Source: Silvanigrellaceae bacterium
GTDB lineage: Bacteria; Bdellovibrionota_B; Oligoflexia; Silvanigrellales; Silvanigrellaceae
Direction of reading: 5' to 3'
Assembly: GCA_044376695.1 (NCBI GenBank)
Contig: JBILKM010000007.1
Coordinates: 10,752-74,751 of the forward strand
DNA length: 64,000 bases
In this document: piece after piece, positions 44,858 to 53,947 of the stretch
Numbering within the stretch: position 1 is the first letter of the stretch
Layout of the letters: the number at the start of each line of letters is the position of its first letter
Notes under the pieces: model-generated
Told to the model about the DNA's origin: nothing
The model's input: only the letters and a program-made list of their open reading frames with translations
Database searches by the model: none
Position numbers and translations under genes: made by a program

Positions 44858-45643
44858 TCATCTCATTTGGTTGGTTGTGGCAAGCATTTCGTCACCCGTC
44901 TTAATCACTTTGCTATTGAGCTCATATGCTCTTTGCCCAGTGATCATCGTCACCATTTCCTCGACGATGTTGACGTTGCTCGACTCAAGTTCGCCTTGGC
45001 CGAGTTGTCCAGTACCGTTTTCTCCTGGTGTCGACACAACAGGCTCACCTGATGCAGGGCTTGCGGTATAGAGGTTGCGTCCTATGGAATTCAAACCCGC
45101 TGGGTTGATGAAGTTTGCAACCTGAATTTGGCCGATGTTGCGGGGTTCATCCTCGCCCTGAATGGAGGCTGAAACCACGCCGTCTAGGCCTACCTGAACC
45201 CTCAAGGCGTTGGGCGGAATTGTGATCTCAGGAACGAGCGGCAGGCCTTCGCTCGTAACAAGACGCCCATCCGGCGAGCGTTTGAAAGCTCCATCGCGGG
45301 TATAGGACAGCGAGCCGTCGGGCATCTGGATGCGGAAGAATCCCCGCCCTTTGATCATGACGTCTGTGTCGTTCTTAGTGATCTTGATGCTGCCCTCTTC
45401 GAAAGACTTTTCGATGGAAGCCAGTCGCACACCGTTGCCGATTTGCACACCCGTTGGGGCCACCGTTCCGTTCGCGGAGCTCAAGCCTGGTGCACGTAGG
45501 TTCTGGTACAAAAGGTCGTTAAAATGAACCCGGCCACGCTTGAAGCCGTTCGTGTTGACGTTGGCAATGTTGTTTGACAGTGTGTCGATCAGCTGTTGCT
45601 GAGCTTCCATACCGGTCGCAGATGTTTGGAGGCTGCGGAGCAT
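44858..45643 (-). CDS. flgG: Flagellar distal rod protein FlgG
   Basis: GGAGG lies 6 nt before ATG 45643. MLRSLQTSATGMEAQQQLIDTLSNNIANVNTNGFKR and C-terminal LESSNVNIVEEMVTMITGQRAYELNSKVI. 261 aa. Confidence 0.93.
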   Translation of the reverse strand: MLRSLQTSATGMEAQQQLIDTLSNNIANVNTNGFKRGRVHFNDLLYQNLRAPGLSSANGTVAPTGVQIGNGVRLASIEKSFEEGSIKITKNDTDVMIKGRGFFRIQMPDGSLSYTRDGAFKRSPDGRLVTSEGLPLVPEITIPPNALRVQVGLDGVVSASIQGEDEPRNIGQIQVANFINPAGLNSIGRNLYTASPASGEPVVSTPGENGTGQLGQGELESSNVNIVEEMVTMITGQRAYELNSKVIKTGDEMLATTNQMR

Positions 45644-45780
45644 AGGGTTCCTCCTGTATTTTTCTGGAGACACTCTTTGCTCAGTGTACGTTGGAATCTT
45701 GAATTCCAGACAGTTAATCCTTTCCGCTGTTCGCCAAAGTCCTGCGCGGAAAAAATGTTGCCTCTGGAGGTTTTCTTCGA

Positions 45781-46671
45781 ATGGCTGTTGAACGCACCGA
45801 ATATCTCAAGAGTTTTGATGGAACTGAACTTTTTTTCCGATGCTTTGCACCTGCTGGAATTGCAGCTGGGGAGTCAAAAATAGACGGGTTGGTTCTTGCC
45901 GTTCATGGCTTTGGTGAGCACAGCGGTAGATACGCTGAGCTCGCAGAGGAAGCTTGTTCCCGCAACATGCTTTTTACTTGCTTTGATTTGCGCGGACATG
46001 GAAAATCTGGTCCTCGCCGTGGTGACGTGGAAAATCTGCATGCACTCGTGCTTGACGTTTTGTTCGTGGTGAATCACAGCCGCTCGCTCGTGGGATTGCA
46101 GCAAAAGAAGGACATGTTCTTCGGTTTACTTGGCCATAGTTTCGGTGGGCTCTTGGTGACCTATGCCGCATCCATCATGCAAGACAATTGCCCGCCGGTC
46201 TTTTTGAGCTCACCCCTATTCAAGATCCGTCAGGAAGTTCCGCACTGGAAGAAGCTCGCTGCTGCGGCTTTGCCGCGGGTTGCTCCGCTTGCCCCTGTGC
46301 CCATCGACATCGTTCCAGAGAATCTCTCGGAGAACCCAGAGAACAACGCCGCCTATATGGCTGACGAAATGAATCTGTTTTCTATTTCGGCACGTTTTGG
46401 AAACGTTTTTCTCAACAGCGTCAACGATGACATGATTCGACAGGCGATTCAGTCGTTGCGTACACAAGTCACGCTTGCTTTTGCGGGTGCTGACAAACTC
46501 GTAGATCCCGGAAAAACACGTTCGTTGTTGCCTCTGTTTCCAAAAGGTAGATTCCGCAGCGAAGAGATTGCGGGAGCGGGTCATGAGATTTTCAATGAAC
46601 TTCCTCAATTTAGGAAGCAGGCTGTCGATGTCTTCGGACAGTGGATCGACGCTCGAGGGCAGTGCGGGTGA
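45781..46671 (+). CDS. Alpha/beta hydrolase (lysophospholipase / monoacylglycerol lipase-like)
   Basis: HGFGEHSGRY and the nucleophile elbow GHSFGG. A C-terminal His lies in GAGHEIF. Confidence 0.8.
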   Translation: MAVERTEYLKSFDGTELFFRCFAPAGIAAGESKIDGLVLAVHGFGEHSGRYAELAEEACSRNMLFTCFDLRGHGKSGPRRGDVENLHALVLDVLFVVNHSRSLVGLQQKKDMFFGLLGHSFGGLLVTYAASIMQDNCPPVFLSSPLFKIRQEVPHWKKLAAAALPRVAPLAPVPIDIVPENLSENPENNAAYMADEMNLFSISARFGNVFLNSVNDDMIRQAIQSLRTQVTLAFAGADKLVDPGKTRSLLPLFPKGRFRSEEIAGAGHEIFNELPQFRKQAVDVFGQWIDARGQCG

Positions 46672-48629
46672 TTCGACTCGAAGGTCTCAATAAGTCGTAC
46701 GGCCAGAAATTCATTCTTAAAGACGCAACTTATCATTTTCCCGTGGGAGAACGCGTTGCATTGGTGGGAGCCAATGGCGCTGGCAAAACCACACTTCTCA
46801 ATATCATTTGTGGTCTTGAGGAAGCTGATTCTGGAGCGATGATTCGACCTCGTGAGTGTGTGGTTGGATACTTACCTCAGGAGCCCAACCCTAATCCGGT
46901 TCCGAATCTGCTGCAGGAGTGTGTGGCAGGGCATTTGCGCATCAGCGAACTCATGCGCGCACGTGATGCAGCCCAAGGCAAGCTTGTTGCCTCCGGCGAT
47001 TCCAATGCATTGGCAGCGTTCGAAAAGGCCGAAGCCGATTTTCAGGATGCCGGGGGGCCAGCGTTAGAGAGCCGGGCTCGGGGCATTTTGGCTGGTCTAG
47101 GTTTTCGCACATCTCAATTCGACGTTAATCCGAAGACCCTCTCGGGGGGCTGGCGTATGCGTCTCGAGCTCGCCAAGGTTTTTCTCAATGAACCGCAATT
47201 TCTCGTACTCGATGAGCCCACAAACCACCTCGATCTTCCAAGCCTTGTTTGGGTTGAAAATTACCTGCGCCAGTTCCGTGGATGTCTGGTATTTGTGTCT
47301 CACGATCGGGGATTATTGAATCGGCTTGCAACAATTACTTTGCATCTTTCGCGTGGAAACCTGAGAAGCTACAAAGGCAATTTCGACTCCTTTCTTGAGC
47401 AAAAGGAACAGTACGAGCAACAAGATGTTGCCCGTGCTGAAGCAATTGCGCGGCGCAAAGCTGAACTGAGTCGATTTGTTGAACGTTTTGGGGCCAAGGC
47501 AACCAAGGCTCGGCAGGCACAAGCAAGGGTAAAGATGATAGCCCGATTGCAGGATCTTGAAGACGAGATCGACCTGCCCCAGCAAGAAAATTCAGTCGCA
47601 TTTGCATTTCCTGCAGCATTGTCTAGTGGGAGAGATGTACTCATGGTCGAAGATCTTGCAATTGGCTACGAGACTTCCCATCCACTTTCGCGCGGGATTC
47701 AACTCAATATTGTGCGTGGGCAAAAGATCTGTGTGATTGGTTCCAATGGCATCGGCAAATCGACACTCCTGCAGACTCTCGCAGGTGTGATTCCGCAGAT
47801 TGCGGGAAAATACGTCAACGGTCACCAAGTTGTTCACGCTTACTTTGCCCAGGATCAACTCTCTGTGTTGCATCCGCAGAAAACCGTGCTGGACAATGTA
47901 CTCGCCCGCACGGCCTTGAGCGAGAAGGAAGCGCGCTCGCTGCTCGGGAGTTTTTTGTTTCAGGGTGATGACGTTTTTAAGCCGGTCGGGGTTCTGTCAG
48001 GGGGTGAGAAAAATCGCGTTGGACTCGCCATTCTCCTTTCGCAGAAAGCTAATTTTCTACTTCTAGATGAGCCGACGAACCATCTCGACATGTCGAGTGC
48101 TGAGATTCTCTCCGATGCTTTGCAGGATTATGAAGGCACTGTGTTCTGCGTGAGTCATGATCGCGAATTCATCAATTCATTTGCCACTCACATTTTTGTG
48201 ATGCTTCCTGGTGGGAAGTATGCACTGTTTGAGGGGAATCTTGATGATTATCCTCGGCTGGCTGAGGTCAGTGGCTTTCCGAATATTCTTGATCCCTCTT
48301 GGTCACTTCTGGATTCCCCGCAACAGAGTCGGGGCACATCCGAGAAAGAGTCGCGTTTGCAACAACGTGCCGACGCCCAAGCTCAGAAGCGTGAGCGTCA
48401 GCGTCTACAGAAAAAGATCGATGATCTCGAGGCGCAAATGAGTCATCTGGGTGCTGCGCTCAGAATACTCGATGAAAAGCTGGAAAATGTAGGCAGTGAT
48501 TTTGTCTTGGCTCAGAATCTTGGTGAAGAGCAGCGCGTGGTTCGGGGGCGGCTTGAAGAGGTTGAGTCCGACTGGATGGAGAGCAGTGAACAACTGCTCA
48601 GCTTGACGACCGAAATGGAGAAAACATGA
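46668..48629 (+). CDS. ABC-F family ATPase (Uup/YheS-like, no TM domain)
   Basis: GTG start overlaps the upstream stop (GTGA). Two cassettes: GANGAGKTT/LSGGWRMR and GSNGIGKST/LSGGEKNR. Charged coiled-coil C-terminal tail. Confidence 0.9.
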   Translation: MIRLEGLNKSYGQKFILKDATYHFPVGERVALVGANGAGKTTLLNIICGLEEADSGAMIRPRECVVGYLPQEPNPNPVPNLLQECVAGHLRISELMRARDAAQGKLVASGDSNALAAFEKAEADFQDAGGPALESRARGILAGLGFRTSQFDVNPKTLSGGWRMRLELAKVFLNEPQFLVLDEPTNHLDLPSLVWVENYLRQFRGCLVFVSHDRGLLNRLATITLHLSRGNLRSYKGNFDSFLEQKEQYEQQDVARAEAIARRKAELSRFVERFGAKATKARQAQARVKMIARLQDLEDEIDLPQQENSVAFAFPAALSSGRDVLMVEDLAIGYETSHPLSRGIQLNIVRGQKICVIGSNGIGKSTLLQTLAGVIPQIAGKYVNGHQVVHAYFAQDQLSVLHPQKTVLDNVLARTALSEKEARSLLGSFLFQGDDVFKPVGVLSGGEKNRVGLAILLSQKANFLLLDEPTNHLDMSSAEILSDALQDYEGTVFCVSHDREFINSFATHIFVMLPGGKYALFEGNLDDYPRLAEVSGFPNILDPSWSLLDSPQQSRGTSEKESRLQQRADAQAQKRERQRLQKKIDDLEAQMSHLGAALRILDEKLENVGSDFVLAQNLGEEQRVVRGRLEEVESDWMESSEQLLSLTTEMEKT

Positions 48630-49306
48630 ATTCCACAGAGGGACTCGCAAGCGTACGGGTGTGGGTTGTTTCAGCCTGGTGGCCGGAGCAGCGCGACCTT
48701 GTTGATACGTTCGCCAAGAAGGCCCACTGCATTGCCTACAATGAGCACATCACACTGTGCGGAGCGGTGGGGTTTCTGCGCACGGGCGTTGGGACGCCAC
48801 GTGCGGCCGCAGCGCTGGCACATGCGCTTGCTGTTGCTAAATTTCATGGTTCACAGTCGGATGCCGTGCTTTTTCTGGCAACCGCCGGTGCGTATTCGAG
48901 TCAGCATGCTCTTGGGAGTGCGCACGTTGTGTCATCGGTCGCCTGGAGCGATGGCGATCTCCTGCGTGGGCAGTCATATTTGCCTGGTCTAAAGTCTGGA
49001 CAGGAGCGGCTCGTATCCTCTCTGAAGCCATTCTCAGAAGCGACATTGTCAGCCGTGTCGACCCCAGGGATAACGGTCTCTCAGGAACTGGCAGGAGTTC
49101 TAGCTGAACAAGCTGATTTCGAGAATCTTGAGCTTTATGGCGTTGCTCTTGCTGCAGAAGACTTCGGGCTACCATGGGGCGCTGTGCTGGGAATCAGCAA
49201 CGTTGTTGGGCCCGGCGCACATGCGCAGTGGCGTGAGCATCATCTGACAGCCTCACAAGCTGCCCAGGAGCTCTTGGTTAAAAATTATCTGGAGAAAGTC
49301 TTGTGA
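48626..49306 (+). CDS. PNP_UDP_1 family nucleosidase (futalosine hydrolase / MTA nucleosidase-like)
   Basis: ATGA overlap with the upstream gene. GVGTPRAAAALAHAL, FLATAGAY, ENLELYGVALAAEDFGLPWGAVLGISNVVG. Confidence 0.55.
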   Translation: MNSTEGLASVRVWVVSAWWPEQRDLVDTFAKKAHCIAYNEHITLCGAVGFLRTGVGTPRAAAALAHALAVAKFHGSQSDAVLFLATAGAYSSQHALGSAHVVSSVAWSDGDLLRGQSYLPGLKSGQERLVSSLKPFSEATLSAVSTPGITVSQELAGVLAEQADFENLELYGVALAAEDFGLPWGAVLGISNVVGPGAHAQWREHHLTASQAAQELLVKNYLEKVL

Positions 49307-50073
49307 GTAAAGGTCTGCGCATTGTCCTTGTTGCTCCGATGCACGCCAGTAATGTGGGTTCAGTTGCACGCGTGTGCGGAAATTTTGGTGTGAACGACGT
49401 TCGAATTGTCGCTCCCCGATGCGATGTTTTGTGCGAAGACGCGCGTATGCTTGCAACCCACCATGCGCGCGGCATTCTTGAAGGCTTTTCTGTGTGCGCA
49501 AGTCTGCGCGAGGCTGTTGGTGAAGCAGAGAGGATTGTGGGCTTCAGTCGGCGTATGGGCGACATGCGCCGACCTGACCTGGGCTGGTCGGATCTTCCCG
49601 AGCTCCGAACGCAGCCGGGGCTGACTTCCCTCGTGTTTGGTCCGGAGGATACTGGACTCTCGCATGACGATCTGTCGTTGTGCACGCACCTCTGCACCCT
49701 CCCAACTCATCCGACCATTCCATCAATGAATTTGAGCCAGGCGGTTGCCGTTGTACTCGCGGGTGTGGTCTGGCAGGGCGGTTCAGAGATTCCCGAGAAA
49801 CCTGCGGTGAGTACGCGCTTTGAAAGCGAGAGGCCCATCTCGGCACAGAGTCTGTTGAGCCTTGTTGATCACTGGAAACAGGTGATGGTCGACGTTGAGT
49901 TGACCCGCGATGGCAATCCCGAGAGGCTTTTGCATTATTTTCATCGTATTTTGAATAGGGCGCAGATCACCGAACGTGAAGGGAGTATGTTGCGCGGTTT
50001 CTTTAGCCAAATTCAAATTCAACTTGGTACCCGAAAAACCAAAAAGGAATCCTCCGATGTTGCCGGAACCTGA
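49303..50073 (+). CDS. SpoU/TrmH-family RNA 2'-O-methyltransferase (TrmJ-like)
   Basis: GTGA overlap with the upstream gene. LRIVLVAPMHASNVGSVARVCGNFG, LVFGPEDTGLS, PSMNLSQAVAVVL (knot motifs). Confidence 0.75.
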   Translation: MSKGLRIVLVAPMHASNVGSVARVCGNFGVNDVRIVAPRCDVLCEDARMLATHHARGILEGFSVCASLREAVGEAERIVGFSRRMGDMRRPDLGWSDLPELRTQPGLTSLVFGPEDTGLSHDDLSLCTHLCTLPTHPTIPSMNLSQAVAVVLAGVVWQGGSEIPEKPAVSTRFESERPISAQSLLSLVDHWKQVMVDVELTRDGNPERLLHYFHRILNRAQITEREGSMLRGFFSQIQIQLGTRKTKKESSDVAGT

Positions 50074-51940
50074 TATTTCAGCCTGGCGAAGAATTTCACG
50101 ACTGGCTCTGAGCCCCCTAGTACTTATGGGTGCTGCTGGTTTTCTCGCTTTCTTCTGGCTGCGTTCCTTGGCTGTTGAACCATTCGATTTCGATGAGTCC
50201 GTCTACAGGCAGATGGCTGAAGAAATGAAACGTGCAGGAGGTTGGATCAGTCAGCCCTTGTTCAATGGCGAAGAATACAATCATAAACCACCCACATATA
50301 TTTCGGTGCTCGCGAGCTTCAGTGCTCTTACAGATGGGAGTACTCCGCAGGTCAGTTCATTTTCGAGCCGCAGTGTGAGCATATTCTTTTCTGTAGCACT
50401 TGCCTGGCTGCTTCAGAACACCTGGGCTACCCTGATCGGTTTTCGCAAGGCGACCTCCTTTGAATTACGTCGCTCTCGCGAGTTTAGGCTTCCGCCGACG
50501 TTTTTTCTCATGATGAGCTTTTTGCCGGTGATTGCCTCGTCTGCGATTCTTCTCGATCCCATGCTCGTCTTTTTTACCTCATTGTATTTTTGCAGCGAGG
50601 CTGTTCGAATAAGTCGTCAACATGAACAAGGATCATTTTCCTGGTGGTTGTTTCTGGGATCTGTTGTCGGCATGACTGGAGCCGTGATGACGAAAGGCCT
50701 CGTCGGTCTGGTGCTGCCTGCAGGCGCAGCGGTTGTCTTTCTGGCTCTGAAACAAGGTTTGCACTGGCGCCAGAGTCCTCTTGAGAGCCTTTTGAATGTG
50801 CTGAAATGTGGTGTGCGTGATTTTCTTCCCGCTTGGATTTGCGCACTCGTGGCTTCGGTAGCCTACTACGGATTGCTCTGGACGAGCGGTGGCGCGGCTT
50901 TTGTGGAAGAATTCTTTATCAAGCATCATTTTGGGCGAGCGACCTCAGCTTTCGAGGGTCACAGTGGCAGCGTGTTTTATTATCTCCCCATAGTTGTTCT
51001 TGGGGCGGGATTCACGCTTTCCTGGTTGGCATATGTTTATGTTGTTGGAACCCGAAAATCGCATATTTCTGTCGATTCCAGCGCCCTTAATTTGAATGCT
51101 GAGAAGTCACGCATGGTGCAGCTTTGGCTGATTGCGTGGATAAGTTTTTGTTTGTTGTTTTTTTCTTTTCTGGCCACAAAGCTTCCCAATTATGTATGGC
51201 CGGTCTGGCCTGCACTGGCTCTGTTGGCTAGTATGGCCGGGCATGACACTCATTTTACGATGGCCAAATTACCCAAAAAAGCACTGCACTTTTTTGCTCA
51301 ATGGTCGGCCTTTATACTGCCCCTGGCATTGATTCTCTTGGGCCTTGCAGTGCTTATTTGGGAACCAGCTTTGGCTTCATTTATAAAGCTGCAGCCACGT
51401 GAGGAAGCTGTACTTGCATCATTTCTTCAACATTCAAATTTGTTGTCGCTTGGTTTGCTGCTCGCCGGAATATTCCTAGCGCTGGGAGCAATCCTGTTGC
51501 GATCGTGGGGTGAGCTCAGTTTTCGGCGAGGCCGCCTTTCGCCTCTTTATGCGGGAGGGGTTGCGCGGTGGTTGGCATTTTTTCAGGTCGCAGCTTGCGC
51601 TGTGCTGATGGCCGTTGTTGTTCCTGTTGGCGAGGAGGTCATGACCCTCTCAGTGCAACAATCTGCTCTCAAGGCGAAAATGTTTTTGGGTGTTGGAGAA
51701 AAACTTGCGACAGCCGATCTCTACAGTCCAAACGTTGTCTCGAGTCATGGTGAGCCTGTTGCACTTGGTATTGGCGGAAGTGAATGGATTTTTTCCGATC
51801 CAAAATACAATGTGATTTTGACACCCGTTTGGAATGTTGGCGTCTGCCAACAGCGCGGTTACGATGTCGCTCAAGCTGCTGAATTTTTTCGAGTCTGCTT
51901 ACGTTCCTACAGGCGGACTCTGGAGGGTTCCAAACCTTGA
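50057..51940 (+). CDS. GT-C glycosyltransferase, family 39/83 (ArnT/PMT_2-like)
   Basis: First-loop motif DFDESVYRQMAEEMKRAGGWISQPLFNGEEYNHKPPTY. About 12 TM segments. Confidence 0.8.
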   Translation: MLPEPDISAWRRISRLALSPLVLMGAAGFLAFFWLRSLAVEPFDFDESVYRQMAEEMKRAGGWISQPLFNGEEYNHKPPTYISVLASFSALTDGSTPQVSSFSSRSVSIFFSVALAWLLQNTWATLIGFRKATSFELRRSREFRLPPTFFLMMSFLPVIASSAILLDPMLVFFTSLYFCSEAVRISRQHEQGSFSWWLFLGSVVGMTGAVMTKGLVGLVLPAGAAVVFLALKQGLHWRQSPLESLLNVLKCGVRDFLPAWICALVASVAYYGLLWTSGGAAFVEEFFIKHHFGRATSAFEGHSGSVFYYLPIVVLGAGFTLSWLAYVYVVGTRKSHISVDSSALNLNAEKSRMVQLWLIAWISFCLLFFSFLATKLPNYVWPVWPALALLASMAGHDTHFTMAKLPKKALHFFAQWSAFILPLALILLGLAVLIWEPALASFIKLQPREEAVLASFLQHSNLLSLGLLLAGIFLALGAILLRSWGELSFRRGRLSPLYAGGVARWLAFFQVAACAVLMAVVVPVGEEVMTLSVQQSALKAKMFLGVGEKLATADLYSPNVVSSHGEPVALGIGGSEWIFSDPKYNVILTPVWNVGVCQQRGYDVAQAAEFFRVCLRSYRRTLEGSKP

Positions 51941-53364
51941 TGCGCTTCCGTTCTGTTCTTTCCGCAATTGTGTTTGTGGGATCTGCTGGCGTTGCTGTCT
52001 TTGCTGGCTGTGTTTCTCGTAGCAAAGCCAAGGGAAGTGCCGCTGGGAAAGAAAATGCTGTCGCGATTTCATCGGGCAGTGCTGGTACAGGAGCCGAACC
52101 TACAGCTGTGTGCCCGTCAGGAACCCGCTTCAATTCCTTTCCGCGCGTTTGTGTGACACGAGGTGGATTCGCTTTGGGTCCTTTTCCTCTCCAGCTGCAG
52201 GAATTGTGTCGTGAGAAGTCTCCCGAGGATGCATCTACGTGTGTGCAAAAACAGGATTGGCCTTTTGAGCTTTTGATGACCCTCGTTTCCAACTACAAAC
52301 AAGGGTGTCCACCCGGAACCTCCCCGGGCCGCAGCGGAGTCTGCATCGGATCCGACAATATTTATGGCCCCTTCACACTCCAGCAGATCATGGCCTGCCG
52401 GGCTTCTGTGCCCGCAGTGCAGCAGAGCCAATGTGATGAGATTGTCTGGCCCCCTGATTTTTTGAAATTTGCCAATGAAGAGACACCTGCAGCGGTCAAA
52501 ACTGAAAGCGTCAAAACCGAAATTGTGAAGCCCGAGAGCAAAAAGTCGGCAGAGTCGGATGGTAAGAACAGCGCGTCGAGCGAGCAACGCTCGGAGCCAA
52601 CGTCTTCTGAAGCATCGGTTCCTGAAGGGGACAAAAAATCATCTTCTGCTCAGGCTCAGAAATCCTCTGCAGAACCCACCTCCACATCTCTTGCAGCGGA
52701 GCAACCTCCCAAATCCAGCGTACCTCCCGAAGAGACGCCAAAAGCTCCGACCTACTGCGTTTACAGTTGGGATGAGCGTCCTGGAACGGCCGATTTCACA
52801 ACTATCGATAGGCGTCTGCTGTCATTGAAGCAGCCACAATCTTATCCACTCGATCGTGATGAGGAATCATCACTGCTGGGCAACAAGGATTTTCATGCAC
52901 TCGATGTGTGTGGTCGTGCGCGTTTTTTGAGGGGCTGTTTTCATCAGGTGGTGCACGATCCAAATTTACCTGCGGCTCAGACCTTTCGAGCATGGGCGAC
53001 CGGACGTTTGCGGCCGGTGGAAGCCTACATGGCGTTTGTGATGAGTCAAACTAGGCTGGGGCTCTGGCACGATGACTGTTGGCGGGGGCGGTGTCGGGGG
53101 ATTGGGTTGGCACGGGTCAGCACAGCTGTCGCGACCTCTGGTCGGAAATTGCCTCCAGAAGACCCAGCATGGCGTGGCATAACTCACAACATGTTGACCA
53201 ATTTGCGATATGGCATGCGTTTGATCGCCTCTAAGGCGGCTTTAGGCTCCAGCGACCTTTATCAGTTGGCATATTCCTTCAATGGAATTCCAGGAAAGAG
53301 AGAGCGTTTTGCGCAGGATGTGGAGAAATACTACCGCCAGCTGTTGTCTTGTCAGCTCGATTGA
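51940..53364 (+). CDS. Hypothetical lipoprotein: duplicated 4-Cys module, S/E/K/P-rich linker, and a C-terminal domain faintly resembling a lytic transglycosylase
   Basis: The start overlaps the GT39 stop (TGATG). Lipobox VFAGC. Two CP[SP]GT...VC...GPF.LQ...C...C...WP modules. Confidence 0.6.
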   Translation: MRFRSVLSAIVFVGSAGVAVFAGCVSRSKAKGSAAGKENAVAISSGSAGTGAEPTAVCPSGTRFNSFPRVCVTRGGFALGPFPLQLQELCREKSPEDASTCVQKQDWPFELLMTLVSNYKQGCPPGTSPGRSGVCIGSDNIYGPFTLQQIMACRASVPAVQQSQCDEIVWPPDFLKFANEETPAAVKTESVKTEIVKPESKKSAESDGKNSASSEQRSEPTSSEASVPEGDKKSSSAQAQKSSAEPTSTSLAAEQPPKSSVPPEETPKAPTYCVYSWDERPGTADFTTIDRRLLSLKQPQSYPLDRDEESSLLGNKDFHALDVCGRARFLRGCFHQVVHDPNLPAAQTFRAWATGRLRPVEAYMAFVMSQTRLGLWHDDCWRGRCRGIGLARVSTAVATSGRKLPPEDPAWRGITHNMLTNLRYGMRLIASKAALGSSDLYQLAYSFNGIPGKRERFAQDVEKYYRQLLSCQLD

Positions 53365-53419
53365 TTCTCTCCAGCGTTCTGAGCAGAAGTTGAGTCAAAA
53401 AATAGGCCCACAGCGGGCA

Positions 53420-53755
53420 TCAAGCTGCTGTGGGAGGTGGTTCGTCTGGATTCGGAACATGAGGCATTTTAAGGGCAGTTGTTTTGCGTGTGTCCCAGAC
53501 CTCTCGTGGTACCTGTTCCCATCGGAACAGCACACCCGGCCGACCCTGTGACCAGAACTGCAGACCAACTGCCGTCACTGAGTAGCGCTCGAAGACGACC
53601 ACTCGACTCGTTTGGTCGGAAAGGTTCAGGATCAGTTTGCTCTCCTGCAAACGCACCGACAAAACTCTTTCGTGTTTCGAACCCTCGAGCCAGAGCAGCG
53701 TGCAAGGCGTCTCGCACAGTTTCTTGATCCGTTGGGCCAGATAAAAATCAGGCAT
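53420..53755 (-). CDS. Hypothetical small protein (111 aa)
   Basis: GGAGG lies 7 nt before ATG 53755. No motif recognised. Confidence 0.4.
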   Translation of the reverse strand: MPDFYLAQRIKKLCETPCTLLWLEGSKHERVLSVRLQESKLILNLSDQTSRVVVFERYSVTAVGLQFWSQGRPGVLFRWEQVPREVWDTRKTTALKMPHVPNPDEPPPTAA

Positions 53756-53947
53756 AGGGAGCCCTCCATGGCATAGCCGTTGCACATCCTTGTGCTACGC
53801 GAACCTCAAACCTCTAAGAGTTTTTAGGGTCAGACCATGTATCGTCGCAAACCGCACGGGCTTTGCGTCCGAATCTGCAGTCAACGGCAATACTTGACGG
53901 CGGTGGGAAAAATTTCCCTTGCAAACGAGGAGCCCTGCGGCTCAGGG

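Noticed and set aside
45644-45780. I searched the flgG upstream region for sigma-54 (GG-N10-GC), sigma-28 (TAAA-N15-GCCGATAA) and sigma-70 promoters.
   Set aside because: Only partial matches were found (TTTGGCGAACAGCGG with the wrong -12, and a TACACT -10-like hexamer without a -35). Nothing is good enough to report.
53786-53947. Small hairpins (CGCAAA-N10-TTTGCG; GCCCT-N7-AGGGC) downstream of the 685-aa lipoprotein gene.
   Set aside because: The stems are short and there is no following T-run on the relevant strand, so they are not supportable as terminators or ncRNA.
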